Origin: an uncultured Eubacteriales bacterium
GTDB lineage: Bacteria; Bacillota; Clostridia; Oscillospirales; Acutalibacteraceae
Length of the DNA stretch: 64,000 bases
Reading direction: 5' to 3'
NCBI GenBank assembly: GCA_900316345.1
Contig: ONCR01000011.1
Span: forward strand, 7,257 to 71,256
Positions within the stretch are counted from its first letter, which is position 1. The number at the start of each line of letters is the position of its first letter. Below, piece after piece: positions 46,981-56,952 of this stretch. Both the position numbers and the translations under genes were made by a program. Below the pieces are notes generated by a model, which did not search any database, was not told the origin of the DNA, and worked only from the letters and a program-made list of their open reading frames with translations.

Positions 46981-48405
46981 TTATTCGCCGTAAAATGCAT
47001 ATATACCGTCTTTGCGCAAAATCATTTCATCAAAATTATTTAAATACTCATAGGGGTATTTATAATTATATATCCTCTCTATATGGCCGCTTTCGGGATT
47101 TTTAAGCTTAGTTACCGCGCCTGCCCCTGCCGCAAGGACGGTGTGGGTTTCATCCATCATAAAAACGTTATAAAGGCATTCGTAACCTTTTTTGCACCAT
47201 CCCGTGTTCTCAAGGTTACCGAGTGATTTGCTCTGGCGGTACATATAATAAGGATTATAGCCGCTACCCGACAGCGCTTCGTAAGAGTAATCTATCATAC
47301 GGTTTGCAAAAAGCTTTTTTGATAAATCGTAATATCTGTTTTCGGTTACAAGAAACGCCGCGCTTTTAAGGGCAAGATTGTGGATAGTTACGGATTCAGC
47401 CCCAAGAGCGATTGCGCTGTTTACGCTGTTTTTAAAGGATTCAACCGTATCGCCGGAAAGCCCTGCAATTAAATCCATATTAATATTCTTAAACCCGAGG
47501 CTTCTTGCCTTTTCAAATGCCTTAACCGTCTGTTCTACGGTATGGCGTCTTCCGATTATCTTAAGCACCTCATCGTTAAAGGTCTGTGGGTTAATGCTAA
47601 TTCTCCCTACATTATGAGCAAGAAGCGCATTAAGCTTTTCCTCGGTTACGGTATCGGGCCTGCCTGCCTCAACGGTATATTCTCGAAGACCTGATAAATC
47701 AAAACTGCTTTCAACCGCCGTAAGCAAGCTGTCAAGCTGTTTTGCTGAAAGCGTTGTAGGCGTACCTCCGCCAAAATAAACTGTTTCAAGCCTTAAGCCG
47801 AGGCTTTTTGCCGCCTCTCCCGTTGCGGCAAGCTCCCTGATAAGAAGCTCAACGTAAGGCTCTATCAAATCGGCGGCGTTTTCAATACTGTGGGAAACAA
47901 AGGAACAATAGGAGCACCTTGAGGGGCAAAACGGAATTGAAACGTAAAGAGAGAAGGAGTTATCCCTCGACAGCTTTATTATTTCATTTTCGCTTCTCAT
48001 TACGCTTCTTGCAAGTTCAATTTTATCGTCCCTTACAAGGCATTGTTTAAAAAAACGCGCCGCGCCGTCCTCGCCGAGCTCCTCCGTTTTTGCGTGCATA
48101 AGTCGCGCAGGGCGAACGCCGTACAGAATTCCCCAGGGCGGAACAAAGCCCGTTGCTTCCGATAACAGCTTAAAAAGCAAAAGGGACACAGCGTTAGCCA
48201 TATCCTCGTTTTGCTTTGGCTTATATTCCGCCGAAAGCTCTTTGTCAAACAGCTTAACGCCCGCATAAAACGTTTTGCCCTTTAATTCGGTTATAACCCT
48301 TATATCACCGCTTTCATTTTCATTTATCTTTTCAAGCGGAAAAAACATAGTAACGATTTTTCTTGTGTGATATTCAAAGGGGTGGTTAATATTTTTTAAT
48401 TCCAT
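46981..48405 (-). CDS. hemZ: Radical SAM coproporphyrinogen-dehydrogenase-like protein (HemZ/HemN family)
   Basis: 474 aa. Cluster motif YVSIPFCPSRCSYCSF (C-x3-C-x2-C), and the overall length and N-terminal extension are typical of HemZ. Confidence 0.8.
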   Translation of the reverse strand: MELKNINHPFEYHTRKIVTMFFPLEKINENESGDIRVITELKGKTFYAGVKLFDKELSAEYKPKQNEDMANAVSLLLFKLLSEATGFVPPWGILYGVRPARLMHAKTEELGEDGAARFFKQCLVRDDKIELARSVMRSENEIIKLSRDNSFSLYVSIPFCPSRCSYCSFVSHSIENAADLIEPYVELLIRELAATGEAAKSLGLRLETVYFGGGTPTTLSAKQLDSLLTAVESSFDLSGLREYTVEAGRPDTVTEEKLNALLAHNVGRISINPQTFNDEVLKIIGRRHTVEQTVKAFEKARSLGFKNINMDLIAGLSGDTVESFKNSVNSAIALGAESVTIHNLALKSAAFLVTENRYYDLSKKLFANRMIDYSYEALSGSGYNPYYMYRQSKSLGNLENTGWCKKGYECLYNVFMMDETHTVLAAGAGAVTKLKNPESGHIERIYNYKYPYEYLNNFDEMILRKDGIYAFYGE

Positions 48406-49022
48406 ATTCCGTAATTCATATACATATTGTTTTTGCGTTCATAATCGAGGGTTGAAAAACCATCGTGCCCCGGATATACGTTATAATCCCCTTCAAGCGA
48501 TGAAAGCTTTTTAAGAGAGGCAATTATTTTCTCAACGCTGCCACCCGGAAAATCCGTTCTTCCGCAGGAGCCGCGAAACAGGGTGTCGCCCGTAAAAAGC
48601 GAATCCCCGGCAAGATAGCAAAGGCCGCCTTTTGTATGGCCCGGGGTTGCGATTACTTTAACCGTAATATCACCCAGCTTAAGCTCGTCGCCGTCGGCGG
48701 CTATAATATCCGCTTCGCAGTTATAATGCCTGTTTCTTGTTATAGCGGCAAGGCAGTAAACCTCGTTGCCGAGCATAATTTCATCCTCTTTTGAGATAAC
48801 AACCTTGGGATTATATCTTTTTTTAACCTCGCTTACGCCTTCGATATGGTCATAGTGGCCGTGAGTTAAAAGGACGTATTTTAAATCGGTATCACCGATT
48901 AAGGCTTCCATATCCTCATTCCACACAGAACAGTCAACAAGTGCAGAACAATTTGTATTTTCATCAATTATAAGATAGCAGTTGTTTGAAATTGGCGGAA
49001 ACACCGCGCTTTTGATTTTCAT
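48396..49022 (-). CDS. MBL-fold metallo-hydrolase (glyoxalase II-like)
   Basis: ORF 48396..49043. The Met at 49022 follows AAGGAG at 7 nt and avoids overlapping dtd. Metal motif LLTHGHYDH and downstream TPGHTKGG. Confidence 0.85.
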   Translation of the reverse strand: MKIKSAVFPPISNNCYLIIDENTNCSALVDCSVWNEDMEALIGDTDLKYVLLTHGHYDHIEGVSEVKKRYNPKVVISKEDEIMLGNEVYCLAAITRNRHYNCEADIIAADGDELKLGDITVKVIATPGHTKGGLCYLAGDSLFTGDTLFRGSCGRTDFPGGSVEKIIASLKKLSSLEGDYNVYPGHDGFSTLDYERKNNMYMNYGIWN

Positions 49023-49023
49023 T

Positions 49024-49473
49024 TTACAGCTCCTTACTGTCAAGAATTATAGTTACGGGGCCGTCGTTAACAAGCTCAATTTGCATATCCGCGCCGAATT
49101 CTCCCGTTTCAACGCTTTTAACGCCCGCTTCGCGAAGTAATTCAACAAAGTATTCATAAAGAGGAACCGCCTCGGACGGAGGCGCAGCGGCCGTAAAGGA
49201 GGGACGCCTTCCGTGAGAGCAGTCGGCGGCAAGCGTGAACTGTGAAATTACAAGCATTTCGCCGTTAACATCAAGGCAGGAGCGGTTCATTTTCCCGTTA
49301 TCATCCTCAAATATTCTTAAAACCGGAATCTTCTTTGCAAGCTTTTCGGCGTCCTCACGGGTATCGCCCTCAACAACGCCGAGAAGAATCATAAAACCGT
49401 TTTCGCACTTTCCCTTAAGCTCGCCTTCAATAACGCATTTTGCATAGCTTACGCGCTGAATTACAGCCTTCAT
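49024..49473 (-). CDS. dtd: D-aminoacyl-tRNA deacylase
   Basis: 149 aa: [17 protein letters not shown]...LLGV...ISQFTL..D...GRRPSF. Confidence 0.95.
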   Translation of the reverse strand: MKAVIQRVSYAKCVIEGELKGKCENGFMILLGVVEGDTREDAEKLAKKIPVLRIFEDDNGKMNRSCLDVNGEMLVISQFTLAADCSHGRRPSFTAAAPPSEAVPLYEYFVELLREAGVKSVETGEFGADMQIELVNDGPVTIILDSKEL

Positions 49474-51689
49474 TATGAATCAGACCTTTCAATAAGATAA
49501 ACGCCGTTAATTTTATTGAGCATTTTAATTATTCCTTCAAGATGCTCTTTGCCGTTAACGGCTATTGTAATTGTTATACGGCAGTTGCCGTCGTTAATCG
49601 TCCTTGCGTTAAGCGCGTTCATTTTAACGTGAGCGTTAAGCAGGGCGGCGGAAATATCAATAACAAGGCCGTCGCGGTTAATACCGTAGATGTTTAGCGT
49701 TGAACGCGCTTCAATTTTGATATTGGCGTCCCAGCTCGCGCGCACCCAGCGCTCCGGCTCGGGGCAGGAATTAAGGTCGCGCGGAACGTTTTTACAGTCG
49801 CGGCGGTGAATAGTCATTCCGTGACCGCGGGTAATAAATCCGATTATCGGCTCGCCGGGGAGCGGATTACAGCACCTTGCCATATTGATTAAGCAGTTTT
49901 CAATTCCCTCAACGATAACCCCGCCCGAGGAGCGGCGGCTTTCAAGCTTTGCGCCCTCGTCGGTATTTTCAACGAGAGGCGAAGCGGAATCGTCCTTATT
50001 GACCCTCCAGTTACGGTTATATTCATCCTTAAGCCCCGGCATAAGACGGGAGATTTTAACACCGCCGTAGCCTATTGCGGCATAGAGGTCGTCAACGTTT
50101 GAAAAGCGCTGTCTTTCGGCAATTTTTTTGAGGAATTCCTCATATTTCTCGTTATCGTCAAAGCGAATCATATTTCGCCTGAGCTCATGTTCAAGCTCGG
50201 TTTTACCCTCAACAATATTTTCCTCACGTCTTTCCTTTTTGAACCACGAGCGGATTTTTGAGCGAGCCTCGCTTGTTTTAACAATATTGAGCCAATCCCT
50301 TGAAGGGCCTTTACCCTGTTGGTTAGAGGTTAAAATCTCAACAATCTGGCCCGTTCTTACCTCGGTATCAAGCGGAACAATTCTTCCGTCAACCTTTGCG
50401 CCGACCATTCGGTTGCCTACCGCGGAATGTATTGCATAGGCAAAGTCAATAACCGTTGAGCCGCCCGGAAGGGTTTTTACCTCTCCCTTCGGGGTAAAAA
50501 CGTAAACCTCGTCAATAGCTAAATCGCCCTTGATATTGGCAATAAACTCTGACGCGTCGTCTGAGTTTTCGTTTTCAAGCATACGGTTAATCCATTGAAG
50601 CGATTTATCAAGATTATCGTTGCCGCCCTTGCCGAGCTTATATTTCCAATGCGCGGCGATACCGTATTCGGCCGTGCGGTGCATTTCGCGCGTTCTAATC
50701 TGAATTTCAAACGGTATGCCCTTTTTGCTTAAAACCGTTGTATGAAGCGACTGGTACATATTTGGCTTCGGGGTTGAAATATAATCCTTAAATCTTCCCG
50801 GAAGCGGAGTATAAATATCGTGAACTATACCGAGGGCGTTATAACAGTCAATCATAGTATCAACAATAATTCTTACCGCATAAATATCATAGATTTCCTC
50901 TAAATTTTTGCCCTTTATATATATTTTTCTGAATATACCGTGAACGGATTTCACCCTTGAAGTAATGATGCAGTTTTTAATCTGCGAGCCGAGCTTTTCT
51001 TCAAGCTCCTTTGTAATTTCCTCAAGGAAGCTTTCGCCCTCTTCCTGCTTAAGCATAAGGGATTTTTCAATGTCCTTATATGCTACGGGGTCAAGATAGC
51101 GGATGGCGAGGTCCTCAAGCTCCTCTTTAAATGCACGGATACCTAAACGGTGCGCAATAGGGGCATAGATTTCAAGCGTTTCAAGAGATTTTTGCCTTTG
51201 CTTATACGCAGGCATATGCTGGAGAGTTCGCATATTATGAAGCCTGTCGGCAAGCTTGATGATGATAACCCTTACGTCGCGGTTCATAGCAATAAACATC
51301 TTACGGATGTTTTCAGCCTGAACCTCTTCACGTGAGGAAAGCGGAATCTGGCCGAGCTTTGTTACGCCGTCAACAAGAAGCGCAACGTCGGGGCCGAATT
51401 CGCGGCTGATAAAATCAAGGTCATATTTAGTATCCTCAACAACATCATGAAGAAGGGCGGCAACGATACATTCGTTATCCATCCCCATTTCAAAAAGAAT
51501 CTTGGCAACGGCAACGGGATGCATAATATAAGGCTCGCCCGAGCGGCGGCGCTGGTCCTTATGCGCCTCCCGTGCAAGCTGATAAGCCTTTAATATAAGC
51601 CCGCTGTCATACGCGCTGTTCTTTTTGACCTCTTCAAAGAATTCGTCAAAGCGGTCGTTATATTCCTCGTACTTAATTTCTTCAGCCAA
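49473..51689 (-). CDS. relA: Bifunctional (p)ppGpp synthetase/hydrolase (RelA/SpoT homologue)
   Basis: 738 aa with an HD domain (HPVAVA...LLHDVVEDT), a synthetase domain ([14 protein letters not shown]), and TGS and ACT C-terminal domains. Confidence 0.97.
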   Translation of the reverse strand: MAEEIKYEEYNDRFDEFFEEVKKNSAYDSGLILKAYQLAREAHKDQRRRSGEPYIMHPVAVAKILFEMGMDNECIVAALLHDVVEDTKYDLDFISREFGPDVALLVDGVTKLGQIPLSSREEVQAENIRKMFIAMNRDVRVIIIKLADRLHNMRTLQHMPAYKQRQKSLETLEIYAPIAHRLGIRAFKEELEDLAIRYLDPVAYKDIEKSLMLKQEEGESFLEEITKELEEKLGSQIKNCIITSRVKSVHGIFRKIYIKGKNLEEIYDIYAVRIIVDTMIDCYNALGIVHDIYTPLPGRFKDYISTPKPNMYQSLHTTVLSKKGIPFEIQIRTREMHRTAEYGIAAHWKYKLGKGGNDNLDKSLQWINRMLENENSDDASEFIANIKGDLAIDEVYVFTPKGEVKTLPGGSTVIDFAYAIHSAVGNRMVGAKVDGRIVPLDTEVRTGQIVEILTSNQQGKGPSRDWLNIVKTSEARSKIRSWFKKERREENIVEGKTELEHELRRNMIRFDDNEKYEEFLKKIAERQRFSNVDDLYAAIGYGGVKISRLMPGLKDEYNRNWRVNKDDSASPLVENTDEGAKLESRRSSGGVIVEGIENCLINMARCCNPLPGEPIIGFITRGHGMTIHRRDCKNVPRDLNSCPEPERWVRASWDANIKIEARSTLNIYGINRDGLVIDISAALLNAHVKMNALNARTINDGNCRITITIAVNGKEHLEGIIKMLNKINGVYLIERSDS

Positions 51690-53706
51690 GGTTAATTCTC
51701 TCCCTTAATGTTTTTAAAATCTTCGTTTCCTCAAGGTTAACCTTGCCCTGAGGGGTTAAAAGCTCAATTGCTCCGTTCATTTTAACAAGACCTGCCTGGA
51801 TAAACGCCTTAAGGGCGAGCATAAGCTGCCCGTAGCTTACCCTGCTCTGAAGGCGGAAATATAAATCGTCAAGCGAATATTTCCAGCCGCCGCAAGCTTT
51901 AAGATATTTATAAATAAACGCGCAGGTCTCTCTGTCGGGATAAAGCAAAGGCGAACAAGACTTGTTAAGGCGGTAAAGCTCATATTCATTCTTTTCTGAA
52001 AAATACTTAGCGTCGTCGCTGTTATAAAGGCGGATGTCAACTGCCTGAATTGAAAGATAAGCCTTTTCCCTGAAAATATTTTTTGAAATTTTAACGGCAA
52101 GGTTAAGCAAATCGCCGGGTTTATACGGGAATTCACCGTATTCCGTTTTAAACTTTACAACCCTTATAACTCTTCCCTTTTTTTCAAGTTCAAGGCGGAC
52201 GTGCCTTCCCTCCTTAAGCGGGGTTACGTTTATAAGCTTCATCTTATATATACCGAAAACCGCCTGGGGATTAGCCGCGCCGTAAGGCTCAAGCACTAAA
52301 AGGTTTTCGGCAAGCTCAAGATTAAGGTAATTCGGCGAAATCTTTAAATCAATATTTAACGTCTGCGCAGGCATAATCGCATAGTTATCATACGCATAGG
52401 CGTTAATATGCTGCCTGAACAAATCAATGTTTTCCTCTTTAAGCGTAATACCCGCCGCCTGAGGGTGGCCGCCGAAGCGGATTAAATCGTCGCTGCAGGA
52501 GGATATTGCGTCATAAATATTAAAGCCTTCAATCGACCTTGCGGAGCCCCTTGCGGTTCCGTCCTCCTCAACCGAAATTACGAATGCGGGCTTAGAATAC
52601 TCGTCAAGAATATGGCTTGCAACGATGCCCGTTACGCCGTGGTGATAGCCCTTGCCTGCAACGACTATAACTCTTTCGGCAGCAAGGCGGGGATTTTCGC
52701 TGATTTTTCTTTTAACGTCGTCAAGGATTTCCTTTTCGGTTTCCTGACGGCGAGCGTTTTCAAGGCAGAGCTGCTCATACTTTGAAGCGCAGTCCTCCTC
52801 ATCCTCGCTTATTAAGAATTCGACCGCTCGGTCAGCGTTGCCCATTCGTCCCATAGCGTTAATCCTCGGGCAAAGCTGAAAAACAATTTCACCTGCAGAA
52901 TATTCTTTAACCCCGTTAGAATTTACAAACGCTTCAAGCGCAGGGCGCGGATAATTGTTAATCTTATTCAAGCCCTCTCTTACAAAAGAGCGGTTTTCAT
53001 GAAGAAGCGGAACAACGTCTGCAAGAGTTCCGAGAGCAACAAGGTCGATATACTCCTCAATTAAATCCTTAACGTCGCCATCATACATAGCCTCGGCAAG
53101 CTTAAAGGCAACGCCTACGCCGCAGTAATCCCTGAACGCAAGCTCGTTTTCCTCCCTGTGAGGGTTAACAATAGCCTCTGCCCTGGGGAGCTCATTTCCG
53201 AGCTGATGATGGTCCGTAACAACAAGGCGCATACCGAGGGAATAGATATATTCCGCTTCGTCAACCGAGCTAATTCCGTTATCAACGGTAACGATAAGCT
53301 GAGCGCCTTTTTCTTTTATCTTATCAACCGCTTCGGTGTTAATTCCGTAGCCCTCATTAATTCTGTCGGGTATATAATAAAACACGTCCGCCCCTTCATT
53401 TTTCAGAAAAGAATAAAGGAGCGCCGTTGAGGTTACGCCGTCGCAGTCATAATCGCCGTAGATACATATTCTTTCGCCGTTATCAATTGCGTCGCCGATA
53501 ACGAAGGAAGCTTCCTCCATATCCGCAAAGCTGAAGGGCGACGCCGATTCATAGCTTTTTGACAAAAAGCCGGATACGGATAAATCGTCGTCTATTCCCC
53601 TTGAAACAAGAAGAAAGGCAACAAACGGGTCAATATCAAATTTTTCGCTTATTGCGGACGCCCTTTCTTTATCTGCGTCGCTTACAACCCACTTTTTATA
53701 CGCCAT
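51682..53706 (-). CDS. recJ: Single-stranded-DNA-specific exonuclease RecJ
   Basis: 674 aa with DHH motifs ICIYGDYDCDGVTS, VTVDNG, VVTDHH and DHHA1 GGHPQAAG. Confidence 0.95.
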   Translation of the reverse strand: MAYKKWVVSDADKERASAISEKFDIDPFVAFLLVSRGIDDDLSVSGFLSKSYESASPFSFADMEEASFVIGDAIDNGERICIYGDYDCDGVTSTALLYSFLKNEGADVFYYIPDRINEGYGINTEAVDKIKEKGAQLIVTVDNGISSVDEAEYIYSLGMRLVVTDHHQLGNELPRAEAIVNPHREENELAFRDYCGVGVAFKLAEAMYDGDVKDLIEEYIDLVALGTLADVVPLLHENRSFVREGLNKINNYPRPALEAFVNSNGVKEYSAGEIVFQLCPRINAMGRMGNADRAVEFLISEDEEDCASKYEQLCLENARRQETEKEILDDVKRKISENPRLAAERVIVVAGKGYHHGVTGIVASHILDEYSKPAFVISVEEDGTARGSARSIEGFNIYDAISSCSDDLIRFGGHPQAAGITLKEENIDLFRQHINAYAYDNYAIMPAQTLNIDLKISPNYLNLELAENLLVLEPYGAANPQAVFGIYKMKLINVTPLKEGRHVRLELEKKGRVIRVVKFKTEYGEFPYKPGDLLNLAVKISKNIFREKAYLSIQAVDIRLYNSDDAKYFSEKNEYELYRLNKSCSPLLYPDRETCAFIYKYLKACGGWKYSLDDLYFRLQSRVSYGQLMLALKAFIQAGLVKMNGAIELLTPQGKVNLEETKILKTLRERINLG

Positions 53707-54029
53707 TACGAATTTTTGTCTACCTTATGAAATGTTTTTAAATTGCCTGCCTTTTCGGCTCTTTTATGAAGCGTTGCTTCAACGTCCTCAATTGTTATTC
53801 CCTCGTTAACCATCATAACAAGGGTGTGATATAAAAGGTCGCAGATTTCGCCTACGGTTTCGTCCTTATCTCCGTTTTTAGCGGCTATAATCATCTCTGC
53901 GCTTTCCTCACCCACTTTTTTAAGGATTTTATCAAGCCCCTGTTCAAAAAGATAGCAGGTATAAGAGCCCTCCTCTTTGGCGGCTTTTCTTTTAAGTATT
54001 GTTTCGTAATCGTTTCTTATATAATCCAT
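53706..54029 (-). CDS. hisE: Phosphoribosyl-ATP pyrophosphatase
   Basis: 107 aa: SYTCYLFEQGLDKILKKVGEESAEMIIAAKNGDKDE..GEICDLLYHTLVMM. Confidence 0.93.
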   Translation of the reverse strand: MDYIRNDYETILKRKAAKEEGSYTCYLFEQGLDKILKKVGEESAEMIIAAKNGDKDETVGEICDLLYHTLVMMVNEGITIEDVEATLHKRAEKAGNLKTFHKVDKNS

Positions 54030-54032
54030 AAT

Positions 54033-54365
54033 TTATCCTTTGTTAAAATCTATGTTATTGAAAAAGCAGGAATGGCTGCCCGTATGGCAGGCGGCGCCCG
54101 TTTGTTCAACTTTAATTAAAAGCGTATCGTCGTCGCAATCGCCCTTAATTTCAACAATTTTTTGAATGTGGCCGGAGGTTGCGCCCTTGTTCCAAAGCTC
54201 CTGCCTTGAACGGGACCAGAACCAGGTATATCCCGTTTCAAGCGTTTTTTGCATAGATTCCTTATTCATATAAGCAAGCATTAAAACCTCGCCCGTTGAG
54301 GCCTCCTGAATAATAGCGGGAATAAGCTCGCTCTTTTTAAAATACTTATCTAAATTCATCGGCAT
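54033..54365 (-). CDS. hisI: Phosphoribosyl-AMP cyclohydrolase
   Basis: 110 aa: [21 protein letters not shown]...TLETG...[16 protein letters not shown]......DCD.D.LL..V.Q.G.ACHTG..SCF. Confidence 0.95.
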   Translation of the reverse strand: MPMNLDKYFKKSELIPAIIQEASTGEVLMLAYMNKESMQKTLETGYTWFWSRSRQELWNKGATSGHIQKIVEIKGDCDDDTLLIKVEQTGAACHTGSHSCFFNNIDFNKG

Positions 54366-55069
54366 AAATCTATCGCCTCCTTAAGCTTAAGCGTTCCCTT
54401 GTATATTGATTTGCCGCAGATTGCGCCGTAAAGGCCGCTGTTTTTTAAAGCGGAAATATCGTTAATATCGGTAACGCCGCCCGAAGCGGTAATATCGCAC
54501 GAAACTGCATTATTAAGCTCGTTAAGCTGCTCAAGGTTGGGGCCGCTGAGCGTACCGTCCTTTGAAATATCGGTAAAAATAATATTCTTAACGCCGTACT
54601 GCTCCATCTTCTTTGCAAGGTCTGTAAAATAGATATTGCTTCCCTCTGTCCAGCCCTCTGCTGCGGCATAGCCGTCCTTTGCGTCAATACCTACGGCAAT
54701 AAGAGAGCCGAATTCCTTAACCGCGTTTTTAACAAGCTCCGGGTTTTTAAGCGCAACCGAGCCTAAAATCACGCGGCTTATTCCGTTTTCGGCGTAAAAG
54801 GCTATGTCGTCAAGCGTTCTTATTCCGCCGCCGATTTCAACCTTAAGCTCTGTTTTTGAGGCGACCTCAATAAAGGTTTTTTCGTTTACTCTTTTCTTTT
54901 GAAGCGAGCCGTCAAGGTCTACCATATGAATCCACTTTGCGCCGTCTTTTTGGAAGGACAGCGCAGTTTCAAGAGCATTTTCGGCAACCTGCTCCACAGT
55001 TGAAAAATCGCCCTTAAAAAGCCTGACGGGCTTACCGCCGATTATATCTATTGCAGGAAAAATAATCAT
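54356..55069 (-). CDS. hisA: ProFAR isomerase HisA
   Basis: 237 aa: [22 protein letters not shown]... (beta/alpha)8 HisA signature. Its stop overlaps hisI. Confidence 0.93.
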   Translation of the reverse strand: MIIFPAIDIIGGKPVRLFKGDFSTVEQVAENALETALSFQKDGAKWIHMVDLDGSLQKKRVNEKTFIEVASKTELKVEIGGGIRTLDDIAFYAENGISRVILGSVALKNPELVKNAVKEFGSLIAVGIDAKDGYAAAEGWTEGSNIYFTDLAKKMEQYGVKNIIFTDISKDGTLSGPNLEQLNELNNAVSCDITASGGVTDINDISALKNSGLYGAICGKSIYKGTLKLKEAIDLCR

Positions 55070-55656
55070 TACAGCACACCCTTTGTTGAAAGCACGCTTC
55101 CGTCGTCGTTTTTCTTAACAGCAATTTTAAGAGCATGGGCAACGGCTTTGAATATAGCTTCAATCTGGTGGTGAGCGTTAGTGCCGTAAGGCACGTTGAT
55201 GTGAAGCGTAATTCCCGAATTCATAGCAAATGCACGCCAGAATTCCTCAGTCATGCAGGTTTCGTAATCGCCGCATCTTTCCTGCATAAACGTTGCGTTA
55301 AAAACGAGGAAGGGTCGGTTTGAAATATCAAGCGAAGCCCTCGCAAGGCTTTCATCCATAGGAATATCAAAAAAGCCGTAACGCTGAATCCCGCTCATTT
55401 TGCAAAGCGCTTCCTTAAACGCTTTGCCGAGAACAATTCCGGTATCCTCTACTGTATGATGAGTGTCAACCTCAAGGTCGCCCGTTACGCTGAGCTTAAG
55501 CCCGAAGCCGCCATGAACGCCGAAGGCGGTTAACATATGGTCAAAAAAGCCGATACCCGTTGAAACCTGAATTTCGCCGCCGTCAAGGCAAAGCTCGGCT
55601 TTGATTTTAGTTTCCTTAGTATTTCTTTCTACTGTAGCTGTCCTCATAGTTTTCAC
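55069..55656 (-). CDS. hisB: Imidazoleglycerol-phosphate dehydratase
   Basis: 195 aa: RNTKETKI...TGIGFFDHML..F..HG.F.L.....GDLEVD.HHTVEDTGI. Confidence 0.96.
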   Translation of the reverse strand: MKTMRTATVERNTKETKIKAELCLDGGEIQVSTGIGFFDHMLTAFGVHGGFGLKLSVTGDLEVDTHHTVEDTGIVLGKAFKEALCKMSGIQRYGFFDIPMDESLARASLDISNRPFLVFNATFMQERCGDYETCMTEEFWRAFAMNSGITLHINVPYGTNAHHQIEAIFKAVAHALKIAVKKNDDGSVLSTKGVL

Positions 55657-55657
55657 C

Positions 55658-56947
55658 TTACTTAAATCTTACTTTAATCGAATTTGCGTGAGCTGTGAGC
55701 CCCTCGGTTTCGGCAAGCTTGATAATATCGTCCTTAACCTTGCGAAGCTCTGCGCTCGGGTAATAGATAAAGGAGGATTTTTTTATAAAGCTGTCAACAG
55801 AAAGCGGAGAGAAAAAGCGCGCTGTTCCCGAAGTAGGAAGAACATGATTCGGGCCCGCATAATAATCGCCGAGCGGCTCGGGCGACCAATTCCCGAGGAA
55901 AACAGAACCGGCATTATCAACCTTTCCTATATACTTAAGCGGCTCGCTTACGCAAAGCTCAAGATGCTCGGGTGCAAGCTCGTTAGCAAATTCGATAGCC
56001 TGCTCAAGCGTTTCACATACAATTATTTCACCGAAGCTTTCAAGCGACTGTTCAATTATAGTCTGCCTTTCAAGATATTTAATCTGCTTTTCAATTTCGT
56101 GAAGTGTTACACGCGCAACTTCGCTTGACGTTGTTAAAAGAATTGCAGAAGCGAGAACATCGTGCTCCGCCTGGCTCATAAGGTCAGCTGCAAGAAACGC
56201 AGGCTCCGCGGTTTTATCGGCAACAATAAGTATTTCGCTCGGCCCTGCAACCATATCAATATCAACAACGCCGTAAAGAAGCTTTTTCGCCGTTGCAACG
56301 AAGATATTGCCGGGGCCTACGATTTTATCAACCTTCGGGATTTTTTCGGTTCCGTAAGCGAGAGCGGCAACAGCCTGCGCGCCGCCTACAATAAACACTC
56401 TGTCAACGCCTGCAACAGCGGCAGCCGCCATAATATTCGGGTCAGGAGCGCCGTTCTTCGCAGGGGGCGTTACCATAATTATTTCCTCAACACCCGCAAT
56501 TTTTGCAGGAACGGCATTCATAAGCACGGAGGAGGGATAAGCGGCGGTACCGCCGGGAACGTATATTCCTACCCTTTTAAGGCCCCTTATTCTCTGCCCC
56601 ATTATAATTCCGTTTTCCTGAGTAGTCATCCAGCTTTGCTGAAGCTGGCGGAGGTGAAAATCATAAATGTTGTTTTTTGCATTGATAAGGGCGGCTTTGA
56701 AATCCTCGTCAACCTGTTCAAGATAAGCAGTAAGCTCCTCCTTTTCAACAACGCTTTTTTTAGGAAGCGCGCCGTCAAAACGAACGGTATACTCCCTTAC
56801 CGCCTCATCGCCGTTTTCCTTAACACCCTTGATGATATTTCTTACAATATCAACTATTTTTTCATCTGCTTCGCCTGCACGTTTTTTCAGGTTTTCAATA
56901 AGCGCATATTCAGCCTTACCGTTTGCTTTAGTTATCTTCATAATCAA
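55658..56947 (-). CDS. hisD: Histidinol dehydrogenase
   Basis: 429 aa: GIYVPGGTAAYPSSVLMNAVPAKIAGV...AGPSE....D....P...AADL.SQAEHD. Confidence 0.97.
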   Translation of the reverse strand: MIMKITKANGKAEYALIENLKKRAGEADEKIVDIVRNIIKGVKENGDEAVREYTVRFDGALPKKSVVEKEELTAYLEQVDEDFKAALINAKNNIYDFHLRQLQQSWMTTQENGIIMGQRIRGLKRVGIYVPGGTAAYPSSVLMNAVPAKIAGVEEIIMVTPPAKNGAPDPNIMAAAAVAGVDRVFIVGGAQAVAALAYGTEKIPKVDKIVGPGNIFVATAKKLLYGVVDIDMVAGPSEILIVADKTAEPAFLAADLMSQAEHDVLASAILLTTSSEVARVTLHEIEKQIKYLERQTIIEQSLESFGEIIVCETLEQAIEFANELAPEHLELCVSEPLKYIGKVDNAGSVFLGNWSPEPLGDYYAGPNHVLPTSGTARFFSPLSVDSFIKKSSFIYYPSAELRKVKDDIIKLAETEGLTAHANSIKVRFK

Positions 56948-56952
56948 ATCTC